NCBI GenBank assembly: GCA_037481835.1
Contig: JBBFKW010000008.1
Coordinates: 114,512-178,511, forward strand
DNA length: 64,000 bases
Origin: Desulfosoma sp.
Lineage (GTDB): Bacteria > Desulfobacterota > Syntrophobacteria > Syntrophobacterales > DSM-9756
Direction: 5' to 3'
In this document: positions 1 through 9,462 of the stretch, in pieces
Layout of the letters: each line of letters begins with the position of its first letter
Numbering within the stretch: the stretch's first letter is position 1
Notes under the pieces: model-generated
Databases searched by the model: none
Told to the model about the DNA's origin: nothing
The model's input: the letters and a program-made list of their open reading frames with translations, nothing else
Position numbers and translations under genes: made by a program

Positions 1-615
1 GCCGGGGGCACCGTGGTGAAGGAGCCGGCTCGGCGCGAACCCGTCTTCTATCAGGCCCCAACCGAGGAAATTCAAGTGCTGCGCTTGGTGGACGGCTCCT
101 TCGTTCAGAGTCGGCTGGGCGATCCCTATTACCAGATCCTGGATGTGCGATCCTCGGAAGAATACCTGGGAGCCAAACAAAATACCGGTTTGGACGGAAG
201 CCCGCTGGCTCCCGGACATATCCCGGGTGCCTACAACGTGGACTACCGCTCCAACTGGCGGGACGCCGCCACCAAGGCCCTTCGTCCCTACTCCGAACTT
301 CAAAAACTCTACGCCGGACTCGACCCCAACCGGGCGGTCATCGTCTATTGCCATTCGGGACGGCGCGCCTCCTTCGGCTATTTCACGCTGCGCCTCATGG
401 GCTTCCGGGACGTGCGCCTCTACGAAGCCTCGTGGAACGAATGGGGAAACAGCCGCTTTTACTATCCGGTGGAAACCAAGGCCAATGGGTTGGAAGGCGC
501 CCTTCCCATGCCCACGGCCGCTCCCGCCGCCCCGGTGAAGACCCCGCAGCCCGCGGAAGAAAAGCGCGAAACCCGGCCCGCGTCGTCCAGCGGCTACGTT
601 TCCTGCGGAGGGTGA
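1..615 (+). CDS. Rhodanese/sulfurtransferase, C-terminal part (5' end lies outside the window)
   Basis: Frame open from base 1. Has ILDVRS..EY.G, GHIPGA, active-site loop YCHSGRRAS and LYEASWNEW; Pro/Ala linker ends in SCGG-TGA. Confidence 0.9.
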   Translation, partial: AGGTVVKEPARREPVFYQAPTEEIQVLRLVDGSFVQSRLGDPYYQILDVRSSEEYLGAKQNTGLDGSPLAPGHIPGAYNVDYRSNWRDAATKALRPYSELQKLYAGLDPNRAVIVYCHSGRRASFGYFTLRLMGFRDVRLYEASWNEWGNSRFYYPVETKANGLEGALPMPTAAPAAPVKTPQPAEEKRETRPASSSGYVSCGG

Positions 616-621
616 AAAACG

Positions 622-1176
622 ATGGAGAAAAAGCCCATGATCCGAAACGCGGTCTCCGAGGAGACGGCGCACACCTGGCCGGTGATGCCGGCGGCTCTGG
701 CCCTGGCGGGCATCATCGCCTTCATCTTCGCCACCTTCGGCCCCCCGGCCTCTTCCAGCGGGTTCGTAAGTCTCCTCAAGGGCTTTCTGGGGCCGATCCT
801 TCCCGACTACATCGCCCAAAAGGAACATTACCGGATCATCCCGGGGCCGGGCTCGTGGCTCTTCGCCTTCGTCCTGGGCATGGCGGCGGGCGGATTTCTT
901 GGCGGTCTCACCCTGGGAAAGCCCATTCAAAATGTTCCGGCCTTGTGGGAGCGGCGTTTCGGTGCGCGGCCGGCTCTTCGCTATGCCGTGTCCTTTTTGG
1001 GCGGCTTCCTCATCCTTTTCGGAGCGCGCCTGGCCGGCGGGTGCACCCTGGGGCTCTTCATTTCCGGATCCACCCAGCTCGCCGTAAGCGGCCTCTACTT
1101 CGGAGCGGTCATCTTCGTCGTCGCTATGATCACTGCCCGCCTGGTATACGGGTCTCCAAAGGGAGGAAAGAAATGA
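622..1176 (+). CDS. YeeE/YedE family sulfur-compound transporter component
   Basis: Hydrophobic, with motif FGARLAGGCT; GGAGG RBS at 607-611. Confidence 0.85.
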   Translation: MEKKPMIRNAVSEETAHTWPVMPAALALAGIIAFIFATFGPPASSSGFVSLLKGFLGPILPDYIAQKEHYRIIPGPGSWLFAFVLGMAAGGFLGGLTLGKPIQNVPALWERRFGARPALRYAVSFLGGFLILFGARLAGGCTLGLFISGSTQLAVSGLYFGAVIFVVAMITARLVYGSPKGGKK

Positions 1177-1715
1177 CGCAGGTCCTGCTGGGGCTCTTTT
1201 CAGGACTCGCCTTCGGGTTCGTCATCCAACGGATGGGGGCCACGGACCCCGACAAGATGGCCCGGGCGCACCTCATGATGGAGCCCCAAATCCCCCAGTT
1301 CATGATGCTGGCGGTGGCCTTTTCCGCCCTGGGCCTGGCGGGCCTCCAGGCCGTGGGGGTGGGCCGAACGGTGATTCTGCCCACCAGTCTTGTCGCCACG
1401 GGAACCGCCGCGGTGCTCTTCGGCATCGGGTGGGGCCTGTGCGGGTATTGTCCCGGAACCTGCTGGGCCGCTGCGGGGGAAGGACGCCTGGACGCGGTCT
1501 TCGCCCTGCTGGGAGGACTCGCGGGAACGGCCGTCTTCGCCCATTTCCACGAACGGATCATCCCGGCGCTCTACCTTCCCACCAACAAGGGGCCGCTCGC
1601 CCTCACCGACTGGATGGGAAACCGCTTCGCCGCGGCGGGTCTTCTGGCTGCTGCCTTTGCAGCCGCCGCCTGGATCATCGGCCGGGTCTGGAAAGCGGAA
1701 AGCGACGAATCATAG
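1173..1715 (+). CDS. YeeE/YedE family sulfur-compound transporter component (second half)
   Basis: ATGA overlap with the previous gene; starts MTQVLLGLFSGLAFGFVIQR; motif FGIGWGLCGYCPGT. Confidence 0.85.
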   Translation: MTQVLLGLFSGLAFGFVIQRMGATDPDKMARAHLMMEPQIPQFMMLAVAFSALGLAGLQAVGVGRTVILPTSLVATGTAAVLFGIGWGLCGYCPGTCWAAAGEGRLDAVFALLGGLAGTAVFAHFHERIIPALYLPTNKGPLALTDWMGNRFAAAGLLAAAFAAAAWIIGRVWKAESDES

Positions 1716-1856
1716 AGCGCGCGGGAAGATCCTCTGAAGCGTGGGGGCTCATCCGGCAACTTAAGATTCAACAATACCGAAACCTCATGGCACGGTTCAT
1801 GACGTGGAGGGCGGCCGTGGGGGTCATTTGCCGGGTCTTGAATGCGCCAAGAGGCG

Positions 1857-2480
1857 ATGCGAAAGAAGAGATTGAACATCCGGTGTTTTTGGGGGCTGGT
1901 GCTGTGCCTCCTGTGGGGCTGCTCCGACGGAAGGGCGACGCAGGGTGCATCCCTTGAGGTGCCGAGGGGCTACGCGCCGGTTCTGGAATTCGTCCACAAT
2001 GGGCGGCTCTTTCGCTTCGGGCCCTTCGTGGGGTACTACTTCCGCCCGGACGTTCCGGGAGAGATGCGCCGCATCCGCCTGGTCTGCTTCAACGAACAAA
2101 AATTTTATTCATCGGACGCTCCCGAAAACGCCCTGCTCTACGAAGGCGACGGGGTTCTCACCGATCTCCCCCCCGCCGAAGCGCCCCTTCCCCGAGGAGA
2201 GGAGAGGATCCAACCCGTCTTTTTCCCGGACGCCCCCGCGGCGTGGCTCGAGTCGCGCCCTGAACCCCGCGACGCCTATGTGCACTTCCATTCGTGCCAC
2301 GACGCTTCGGGCCCGGTCTTCACCGGCTTTTGGATCCGGCACGTGGCTGTTCGTGATTTTACCTACGACATGGGCGGCCGCGTAGGGCCCGGAAGCCCTC
2401 TCTACCATCCGGTGCGCAAGGGAGAAGACAGGAACTTCGCCCGGATCATCGAGTTCGACCGCGGCAAGGAAAGACCGTAA
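1857..2480 (+). CDS. Hypothetical lipoprotein
   Basis: Basic N-terminus, hydrophobic stretch and lipobox-like LWGC; contains HFHSCHD. Confidence 0.65.
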   Translation: MRKKRLNIRCFWGLVLCLLWGCSDGRATQGASLEVPRGYAPVLEFVHNGRLFRFGPFVGYYFRPDVPGEMRRIRLVCFNEQKFYSSDAPENALLYEGDGVLTDLPPAEAPLPRGEERIQPVFFPDAPAAWLESRPEPRDAYVHFHSCHDASGPVFTGFWIRHVAVRDFTYDMGGRVGPGSPLYHPVRKGEDRNFARIIEFDRGKERP

Positions 2481-2488
2481 AGGGAGCC

Positions 2489-2680
2489 ATGGGAAGCTTG
2501 GCTGATCCTTCCCTTGAGGTAATCCTTTAGACACTCTCGGAAATCTTCGGCGATCCACAACAGGGTCTCGAACTTCGAGAAGAGTTTGAAGTCGAACTTC
2601 GGCGAACTCTTGATGCGGATGACACACGCCAGACCAGACCCGCACAGGAAATTGCCGCGAGACTCGGACTCACGTGGTGA
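2489..2680 (+). pseudogene. Antitoxin (RelE partner) with internal TAG
   Basis: RBS AGGGAG and ATG 2489 give MGSLADPSLEVIL*TLSEIFGDPQQGLELREEF...EIAARLGLTW; TAG at 2528-2530; ends 3 nt before the relE-like gene. Confidence 0.6.
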
Positions 2681-2683
2681 GAT

Positions 2684-2935
2684 ATGTTCCAGGTGGACTT
2701 CACCGCCGCGGCGGAAACCGATCCGGCGCGTCGAGACAAGCCGATTGCGCAACGGGCACTGAAAAAGTTGCGCTGGCTGGCCGAAAACTTTGACCTCATC
2801 ACGCCAGAGACATTGACGGGTCCATGGACCGACGTGTTGAAGCTTCGCGTCGGCGATCACCGCGTGCTTTACACCCGCGATCGAGACAAACGAAGGATTG
2901 TTTCGTAAGGCATCGGCGCGAAGTCTATAAGGAGC
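2684..2935 (+). pseudogene. RelE/ParE family toxin, frameshifted near the C-terminus
   Basis: MFQVDFT..LTGPW..VLKLRVGDHRVLY stops at 2908, while the family tail VRHRREVYK lies in another frame. Confidence 0.7.
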
Positions 2936-2995
2936 GAACCAGCCTTCGAGCGTCCTCACACAGGAGCTCGGCGGGGATCCAAACGCGGCATCGGC

Positions 2996-3302
2996 CTAAT
3001 CGCCCTCTTTGTCGGCGTTGCACCGGTCGTGGCAGGCGTCCTCGATGGCCTCCCGGGTTTCCGGGTCCACCCGGTCCCGGAGGCTCCAGGCCATCTCCAC
3101 CCATTCTTCCATGATCCGGTGGGCCTCCACCTCGTCGCCCGCATCGTCCAGATCGCTCACCAGGTCCATGGGATCGGTGAGGGCCTCCCGCACCGGCCGG
3201 GGCCCCTCGCTGGAAGCCATGGAGACTCCCGCTTTCACGTAGTCCCAGCCCAGAAGGCCCGTCTCCGGCTCCCAGAACTACACGATGCGCTTCTTGCGTC
3301 AT
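2996..3302 (-). pseudogene. Small acidic hypothetical protein, probably disrupted
   Basis: Frame reads RKKRIV*FWEPETGLLGWDYVKAG...; TAG at 3278-3280; the ATG at 3302 with an RBS is in another frame. Confidence 0.45.
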
Positions 3303-3344
3303 CCCGCGCTCCCCTCTCCTTTCGAAAGGATCGCTCAGGCGCCT

Positions 3345-3765
3345 TCCGCAGCTCCTTGTTGTAGATGAGGGCCACGTATTCGATGCCGAAAATCTGGATC
3401 GTATCGTCCTGGCGGGTCCAGTCCGGATAGGCCTGGGCGGCCGGAGCCGCGTAGGACGTTAGGACGCCCTATTCCTTCAGATAGTTCATGATGGGAAGGG
3501 GCGCCCGAAGGACGTCCGCCATGAGTTTTCCCGCCTGGAACTCGCTGAGCACCGTGGCCAGGTACTTGGAGGTGGACACCCGGGTGTAGAGCCCCTTCAC
3601 GCCCGTATCCTGACTGAACGCCTCCACGATGGGCTCGATGGCCGTGATGTTGGCGTAGAAATTCACCTCCCCTTCCGCCTTGGCCTTTGCCGGCAAGGCC
3701 GGATCCTGGGCCAACGCCGTGGACGAAACAAGGAAAACCAACAAGAGGCAAAGGATCTTCTTCAT
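3345..3765 (-). pseudogene. ABC transporter substrate-binding protein (Fe3+/thiamine-like), nonsense codon and truncation
   Basis: Signal peptide MKKILCLLLVFLVSSTALA; AKAEGEVNFY; TAG at 3469-3471, then GVLTSYAAPAAQAYP...ALIYNKEL, then similarity is lost; no permease genes follow. Confidence 0.75.
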
Positions 3766-4141
3766 GGCCGAAACTCATTCCCAAGTTTTGAAAGATCTGG
3801 AGCCCTTTTTCCTGCACCCTAAAAAAACCCGGCGAACAAGAACAGCCGCGTCCCTGCGTTGATTTGGGAACCGACTGTACGGGAGTAACGGCATTCCAAC
3901 TCCCCACATGCGAAAAAAGACATTCCCGGTCAAGCGCCCAGCCGAAAGGCGACCCTGGGGCGCCGCACGCGTTGACACCGGACGGCTTTCGTTCCAAGGT
4001 AAGGGCTCGGGGTATCCGGTGAATGTTTCCCCTGTCTGCGTTTATTCGCGTTCGTTCGCGGTTCCCTTTGTCCCGACCGGCAGGGCGATCCGTTCGCTCT
4101 CCCGGAAAAGCCTTTTGGCCCACCGAGGAGACGACCCGCCC

Positions 4142-5380
4142 ATGACGCTCTTTCAGATCATCTCCATCCTCATCACCGTTTCAGCGCTCTTCAGCTATAT
4201 CAACCACCGGTTCATCCGCCTTCCCACCACCATCGGGGTCATGGCCATCTCGCTTCTGGGCTCCCTGGGGATCGTGGCAGCGGGCCCCTTTTCTTTCGGA
4301 CTGCAGCAGGAAGCGATCCGGCTCGTTCGGAGTATCGATTTCGATGAAACCGTGCTCCACGGCATGCTCAGTTTTCTCCTCTTCGCCGGAGCCCTCCACA
4401 TCGACCTGGAGGCCCTGGCCCGCCGAAAGTGGATCATCGCCGTCCTGGCCACCGTGGGAACGGCCTTGGCAACGGCCCTGAACGGCCTGGGCACCTGGGT
4501 CGTGTCCCAATGGCTCGATTTGCAGCTTCCCTTTCTCAGTTGCCTTCTTTTCGGGGCCCTTATCGCCCCGACGGACCCCATCGCGGTGCTGGGTATCCTG
4601 CGAAAGGCGGGCGTTCCCGAAAGCCTGGAGACCAAGATCTGCGGGGAGTCGCTCTTCAACGACGGGGTGGCCGTGGTGATCTTCATCATCCTCTTGGAAA
4701 CGACCCGGGATCCCGCGGCCGCCACCCTGTCCCACGTCCTGAGTCTCTTCGCCAAGGAAGCTTTGGGAGGCATCGCTTACGGCCTCGTGATCGGATGGAT
4801 CGCCTACCTCATGCTCAAGAGCATCGACGATTACCAGGTTGAAGTGCTCATCACCCTGGCGCTGGTGTCGGGAGGCTATGCGCTGGCCGATGCGCTGCAC
4901 ATCTCCGGGCCCATCGCCATCGTGGTGGCGGGCCTCCTCATCGGAAACCCCGGCCGCATGCTGGCCATGTCGGAACGAACCCGCCGGCACCTGGACACGT
5001 TCTGGGAACTGGTAGACGAGGTGCTGAACGTGGTGCTCTTCGTGCTCATCGGCCTGGAAGTGCTGGCTCTCGACTGGACCCGCCTCCACCTGGCAACGGG
5101 GCTCCTGCTGATCCCTTTGGTCCTCGCCTCCCGGCTTGTGAGCGTGTCGGTCCCCGTGGCCCTGCTGCGGCCCTTCCGAAGGTTCAGCCCGGGGGTCATC
5201 CGAATCCTCACCTGGGGGGGACTTCGCGGCGGCATCTCAGTGGCCATGGCCCTCTCGCTGCCTCCGGCGGCCGCGCGGGACACCATCCTGGCGGCCACCT
5301 ACGTGGTGGTGGTCTTTTCCATCCTCGTTCAAGGCCTCACGGTGGAAAAGGTGGTGCGCTCTGTGGAAGAGCGCGTCTAA
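4142..5380 (+). CDS. Na+/H+ antiporter, CPA1/NhaP family
   Basis: Multi-TM protein with PTDPIAV, GESLFNDG and WGGLRGGIS. Confidence 0.92.
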   Translation: MTLFQIISILITVSALFSYINHRFIRLPTTIGVMAISLLGSLGIVAAGPFSFGLQQEAIRLVRSIDFDETVLHGMLSFLLFAGALHIDLEALARRKWIIAVLATVGTALATALNGLGTWVVSQWLDLQLPFLSCLLFGALIAPTDPIAVLGILRKAGVPESLETKICGESLFNDGVAVVIFIILLETTRDPAAATLSHVLSLFAKEALGGIAYGLVIGWIAYLMLKSIDDYQVEVLITLALVSGGYALADALHISGPIAIVVAGLLIGNPGRMLAMSERTRRHLDTFWELVDEVLNVVLFVLIGLEVLALDWTRLHLATGLLLIPLVLASRLVSVSVPVALLRPFRRFSPGVIRILTWGGLRGGISVAMALSLPPAAARDTILAATYVVVVFSILVQGLTVEKVVRSVEERV

Positions 5381-5417
5381 AAGACGATAAGGGGGTATTT
5401 TCATCGTAGCACTTATC

Positions 5418-5541
5418 GTAGCGCAGCCTCTCAGGGCTGCCAAAAGGGGCTTCGAATCATAAGGGTGACCCGTCCGCATGATCCGGGTATTCCAAGGGAA
5501 TCAGCAATCCCATTTCCGCTGGGCTGAAGCCCCGCGGCCAC
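5418..5541. repeat. Degenerate REP pair (family D)
   Basis: GTAGCGCAGCCTCTCAGGGCTGC at 5418-5440 and an inverted GTGGCCGCGGGGCTTCAGCCCAGCG ending at 5541. Confidence 0.5.
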
Positions 5542-5628
5542 GGAATGGGCGATCAATCCTTGGCCATGTCTGACGGAAGACTGTTTTTTCTTAAATGAGA
5601 CGATTCGTCCCAATCGCCGGGTTCCGGC

Positions 5629-5699
5629 GGGCGGGCATAAAGCCCGCCCCTACGAAGGCAGATGGACCTGTTCAGTAGGGGCGGGGTTGATCCCCGCCC
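5629..5699. repeat. Inverted REP pair (family B, GTAGGGGCGGG..CCCGCCC)
   Basis: 5629-5653 (-) and 5675-5699 (+), each GTAG plus a GC palindrome. Confidence 0.75.
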
Positions 5700-5844
5700 A
5701 CTAATCGCGCGGAAGTAAGAAGTAAGAAGAATACGGCGAAGGATTCGCTCCATTTAGGTCTTTACAAGTTAATGTGAAAGTCGCGGTTGGAATCCGGCAG
5801 GGCGGGACTTTCATGATTCGTTGTCTTGCCGGATATTGATCTGG

Positions 5845-5936
5845 GTTGGGGTTCGCTCCGCTCACCCCAACCTACGAGTTTATTGAACATTTTGGGCCGC
5901 CGACTGTAGGTTGGGGTGAGCGCAGCGAACCCCAAC
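5845..5936. repeat. Inverted REP doublet (family A, GTAGGTTGGGGTGAGCGNAGCGAACCCCAAC)
   Basis: 5845-5875 (-), 30-nt spacer, 5906-5936 (+). Confidence 0.9.
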
Positions 5937-6126
5937 AAAAACCGGGCATACGCTCGCACGTCTCGGTCTCACAACGAAGGATGAAACTCGAACCCCTGGA
6001 GCTTGTCCGAGAATCTTTTACATGAAAGTCTCTGTAACATACCGTAACTACAAGACTTTCATTCTTCGTTGTCACGGGCGGCCCGCCATGGGGGTCAATG
6101 TAAAAGAATGGCGCTCTCGGCGTCTT

Positions 6127-6176
6127 GTAGGAGCGGCCTCGGCAGCGAACCGCATCGCCGGGGAGCCGGCTCCTAC
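6127..6176. repeat. REPIN-like hairpin (family C, GTAGGAGC...GCTCCTAC)
   Basis: GTAG tetranucleotides at the outer ends of a 50-nt imperfect inverted repeat. Confidence 0.7.
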
Positions 6177-6287
6177 AGGGAAAACCTTCGCTTGTCCACA
6201 TCTTTCATCGATGCGGCGTGGCGAGCCTCGCCATGACCGTTAGGTCTTTACAAGCTTCGGGGCCACGGCTCGGCAAGGAGGAGTGGG

Positions 6288-7538
6288 GTGAGCGGTCGGG
6301 ATCCAGGGGGTCTTTCCAAGGGGCGATGGAGCGTTTTCGGCCTGTCGTCACTTCTCTTTATCCTCTCCCAGTTCTACCGGGTCTCCAACGCCATCATTGC
6401 CCCGGACCTGCAGAAGGACCTGGCGCTTTCCGCCGAGGAACTGGGGCTTCTGAGCGCCGCCTTTTTCTACGCCTTCGCTTTGGTTCAGGTCCCCCTGGGC
6501 ATCGCCCTGGACCGGTTCGGCGGCCGCCGGACCATGACCCTTCTTTCTCTCGTCGGGGCGGGAGGCGCCCTTCTTTTCGCCACCGCCCATTCCTTCGGAA
6601 CCGCTTTTGCGGGGAGGGCTCTTCTGGGACTCGGCATGGCCGGAAACCTCATGGGCTCCATGAAGCTCCTCACCCGCTGGTTTTCGCCCCGGGAATTCGC
6701 CACCCTATCCGGCCTCATGCTGGCCCTGGGAACTTTGGGAAACATGCTGGCGGCCACTCCCCTGGCCGCCGCCAAGGCAAGGATCGGCTGGCGGGGATCC
6801 TTCTGGGGTTTGGGGCTCTTTACGGCCGCCGCGGCCCTCTGCTTTTTCGCCGTGGTCCGGGAAAGGCCATCCCAGACCTATCCCCAGGCCGCCGCGGGCC
6901 CCCAGTCCGGGCCATCCTGGAAGGACGCCTTAAAAACCCTGTGCGGAAACGCCGACTATTGGATCATCTCGGCGGGAACTTTTTTTCGCTACGGGACCTT
7001 CGTGGCCATTCAGGGCCTGTGGATCGGCCCCTACATGATCCAACAGCTTCGGATGTCGGCCATTGCCGCCGGCAATCTGCTGCTGCTTCTCAACGTGGGC
7101 CTCATCTTGGGATCGCCCTTGGGCGGCTGGCTTTCCGATCGCGTGTTTTGTTCGAGAAAAAAGGTCATCGTGCTGGGGCTCGCCATGATGACGCTGGTGC
7201 TTTCGGCCCTGGCCGCCGGCTGGGGCGAAGCGGGCACGGCCGTCCTGGCGGTGCTTCTTTTCGCCTTCGGGCTTTTCGGGTCCTTCGGGATCGTCATGTA
7301 CGCCCACATCAAGGAACTCATGCCGTCGGACATGAGCGGAACGGCCCTCACGGGCATCAACCTCTTTACCATGCTGGGAGGAGCCGCCATGATGCAGGGC
7401 TTGGGGTGGGTGCTGGACCACGTGGGTCCCGCCGGGGCGCATGCCGGCCCCGACTACCGGCTGGCTTTCTTTTTGTGTGCCGCCGGAGTGGCCGTCGCCC
7501 TCCTGGGCTACCTCTCGGCGACGGACAGCCGGCCTTGA
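6288..7538 (+). CDS. MFS transporter
   Basis: About 12 TM segments; motif A GIALDRFGGRR; second-half GWLSDR. Confidence 0.9.
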   Translation: MSGRDPGGLSKGRWSVFGLSSLLFILSQFYRVSNAIIAPDLQKDLALSAEELGLLSAAFFYAFALVQVPLGIALDRFGGRRTMTLLSLVGAGGALLFATAHSFGTAFAGRALLGLGMAGNLMGSMKLLTRWFSPREFATLSGLMLALGTLGNMLAATPLAAAKARIGWRGSFWGLGLFTAAAALCFFAVVRERPSQTYPQAAAGPQSGPSWKDALKTLCGNADYWIISAGTFFRYGTFVAIQGLWIGPYMIQQLRMSAIAAGNLLLLLNVGLILGSPLGGWLSDRVFCSRKKVIVLGLAMMTLVLSALAAGWGEAGTAVLAVLLFAFGLFGSFGIVMYAHIKELMPSDMSGTALTGINLFTMLGGAAMMQGLGWVLDHVGPAGAHAGPDYRLAFFLCAAGVAVALLGYLSATDSRP

Positions 7539-8161
7539 CGGGGACGATGGGCAACGAGCCCGGCCTCTCTTTTGATCCTCAGCAGACCTGGGCTCTTGTG
7601 AAAATACATATGGGGCGAATCCACGCCTTTTGCCCGAAACAGCGCTTCCACGGTATCAAACAAGACGGGCCGGTCGGGATACGTGAACGCTTTTTCCGCA
7701 TCCCGAAGGCGCTGCCAGGCCACGCTGATTTCGGGACCGGCAGTAAAGACCTTTTCTTTTACGGCATCACAATAAAAGAAGGCGCAGGAAATGGGGGGGA
7801 GAGCCCACACGCACCCCTTAGGGCCCAAGTACACGCAGCGATCGGACCGGTAGGGGTGAAGAAGCGCCCGGAAAATCCGATCCCTCTCTTCGGGACCGGA
7901 AATGAGGACCGTGATCGCCTGGTCCGCGAAAAAGGTGAAGATACTTTCGAAACCGCAGCAGGCGCTCTGCGCGGTTTCAAAACACAAGGCCTTGCAGTAA
8001 GGCGCAAAAAAGCCCTCATGGAACGCGCTCAATTCCCGGCGAAACGCAAGGTAGGGTTCTACGGCCGAACGCAAGGCGGCGATCTCGCCGTCCTTCATCT
8101 TTTCCAGGGCCGCCTTTAGAGCGCTAAAACTTTGCCATTGCTCCCGGTTGTATTCGCTCAT
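7508..8161 (-). CDS. Cys-cluster protein (YkgJ/CxxCxxCC-like)
   Basis: CKALC...SACC, RCVYLGPKGC and PISCAFFYC. Confidence 0.65.
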   Translation of the reverse strand: MSEYNREQWQSFSALKAALEKMKDGEIAALRSAVEPYLAFRRELSAFHEGFFAPYCKALCFETAQSACCGFESIFTFFADQAITVLISGPEERDRIFRALLHPYRSDRCVYLGPKGCVWALPPISCAFFYCDAVKEKVFTAGPEISVAWQRLRDAEKAFTYPDRPVLFDTVEALFRAKGVDSPHMYFHKSPGLLRIKREAGLVAHRPRQGRLSVAER

Positions 8162-8229
8162 GGGGTTCGCTATCGTGCACGAGAAGATTTCAGACTGTTG
8201 GAAAACCCTTTGCCCGAGGAGGTGCGAAC

Positions 8230-8562
8230 ATGGCGTCCGATATCTTGATCACTTTTATTACCGTGGGCAATCAAGACCAGGCTTTCCGCATCGCCAAAGC
8301 GGTGGTTGAGGAAAACCTGGCCGCCTGCGTAAATATCATCCCCGCCGTCCGATCCCTCTACCGCTGGAAGGGGGAAATCTGCGACGATCCGGAATGCCTC
8401 CTTTTGGTTAAGACGACGCGTGATGTTTTCCCGCTCTTGGAAGCCCGCGTCAAGGCCCTGCACAGCTATGAAGTCCCCGAGATCATCGCCGTGCCGGTGG
8501 AATGCGGCTTCCAGCCGTACCTGGATTGGGTGAAGGAAAACACGCACACCCAGGCGGGCTGA
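8230..8562 (+). CDS. cutA: Divalent-cation tolerance protein CutA
   Basis: LAACVNI, SLYRWKGEI and HSYEVPEII. Confidence 0.93.
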   Translation: MASDILITFITVGNQDQAFRIAKAVVEENLAACVNIIPAVRSLYRWKGEICDDPECLLLVKTTRDVFPLLEARVKALHSYEVPEIIAVPVECGFQPYLDWVKENTHTQAG

Positions 8563-8595
8563 TGCCAACGGGGGCGCCTTGACGTCCCCCGGCTT

Positions 8596-9447
8596 TTAAC
8601 GCGTGCCCAGTATCCCTTTCAGGGCGGCCGGCAGGTCCGCGGGAAGAGCCACAATTTTCGTGTTTTCCGACAGGGCCAGGCTCTTGACGGCATCCACGTA
8701 GCGTTCGCCGAGGATAAAAAGGAGAGGCAAGGGGTTGTCTTTGGCGGCTTCGATGACGAGCTGAATGGCTTTCTGGTTGGCTTGGGCAAGGACGATTTTG
8801 GCTTCGGCATCCCGCCGTGACGCTTCCAGGCGCCCCTCGGCCTGGAGAATCGCCGCCGTCTTCTCCCCTTCCGCACGGGTTACCGTGGCGCGCCGTTGCC
8901 TTTCCGCCGCGGCTTGTTCCTCCATTGCCTGCTGCATGGTCCCCGACGGGGCGATATCCTGAATTTCCACCGTCTTCACCATGATGCCCCAATCGGCGAT
9001 GTCGTCGGAAATGGCGGTTTTGAGTTTGGTTTTAATGAGTTCCCTGGACGACAGAGCGTCGTCCAAATCCATTTCGCCGATAATGGAGCGCAGTGACGTT
9101 TGCACCAGGTTTTGGATGGCGAGCCGGTAGTCTTCGACGCCGTAAACGGCCTTCTCCGGAGAGATGATGTTGATGTAGGCCACGGCGTTGGCTTTGATGA
9201 CCGCATTGTCCCTCGTGATGACTTCTTGGGTGGGAATATCCAAGACGAGATCTTTGGTGGGCACCTTGTAGGCCACGCTGTCCATGTACGGGACGATGAC
9301 GTTCAGGCCCGGGGAGAGGGTTCGGTGATATTTTCCGAGGCGCTGCACCACGTGCTTATACCCTTGGGGCACGATGCGGATGCCCATGACGATGGTCACG
9401 AGCACCAGCACGAAAAAAACGACGACGAGAATCAATCCTGGACTCAT
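8596..9447 (-). CDS. SPFH/stomatin-like protein (QmcA/YbbK type)
   Basis: N-terminal TM, IRIVPQG, QEVITRDN and QAAAERQRRA. Confidence 0.92.
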   Translation of the reverse strand: MSPGLILVVVFFVLVLVTIVMGIRIVPQGYKHVVQRLGKYHRTLSPGLNVIVPYMDSVAYKVPTKDLVLDIPTQEVITRDNAVIKANAVAYINIISPEKAVYGVEDYRLAIQNLVQTSLRSIIGEMDLDDALSSRELIKTKLKTAISDDIADWGIMVKTVEIQDIAPSGTMQQAMEEQAAAERQRRATVTRAEGEKTAAILQAEGRLEASRRDAEAKIVLAQANQKAIQLVIEAAKDNPLPLLFILGERYVDAVKSLALSENTKIVALPADLPAALKGILGTR

Positions 9448-9462
9448 AAGGGCCTCCCTCTC

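Noticed and set aside
2489..3765. Amber recoding (pyrrolysine)
   Set aside because: Many intact genes here end in TAG, and the same segment has frameshifts and a truncation
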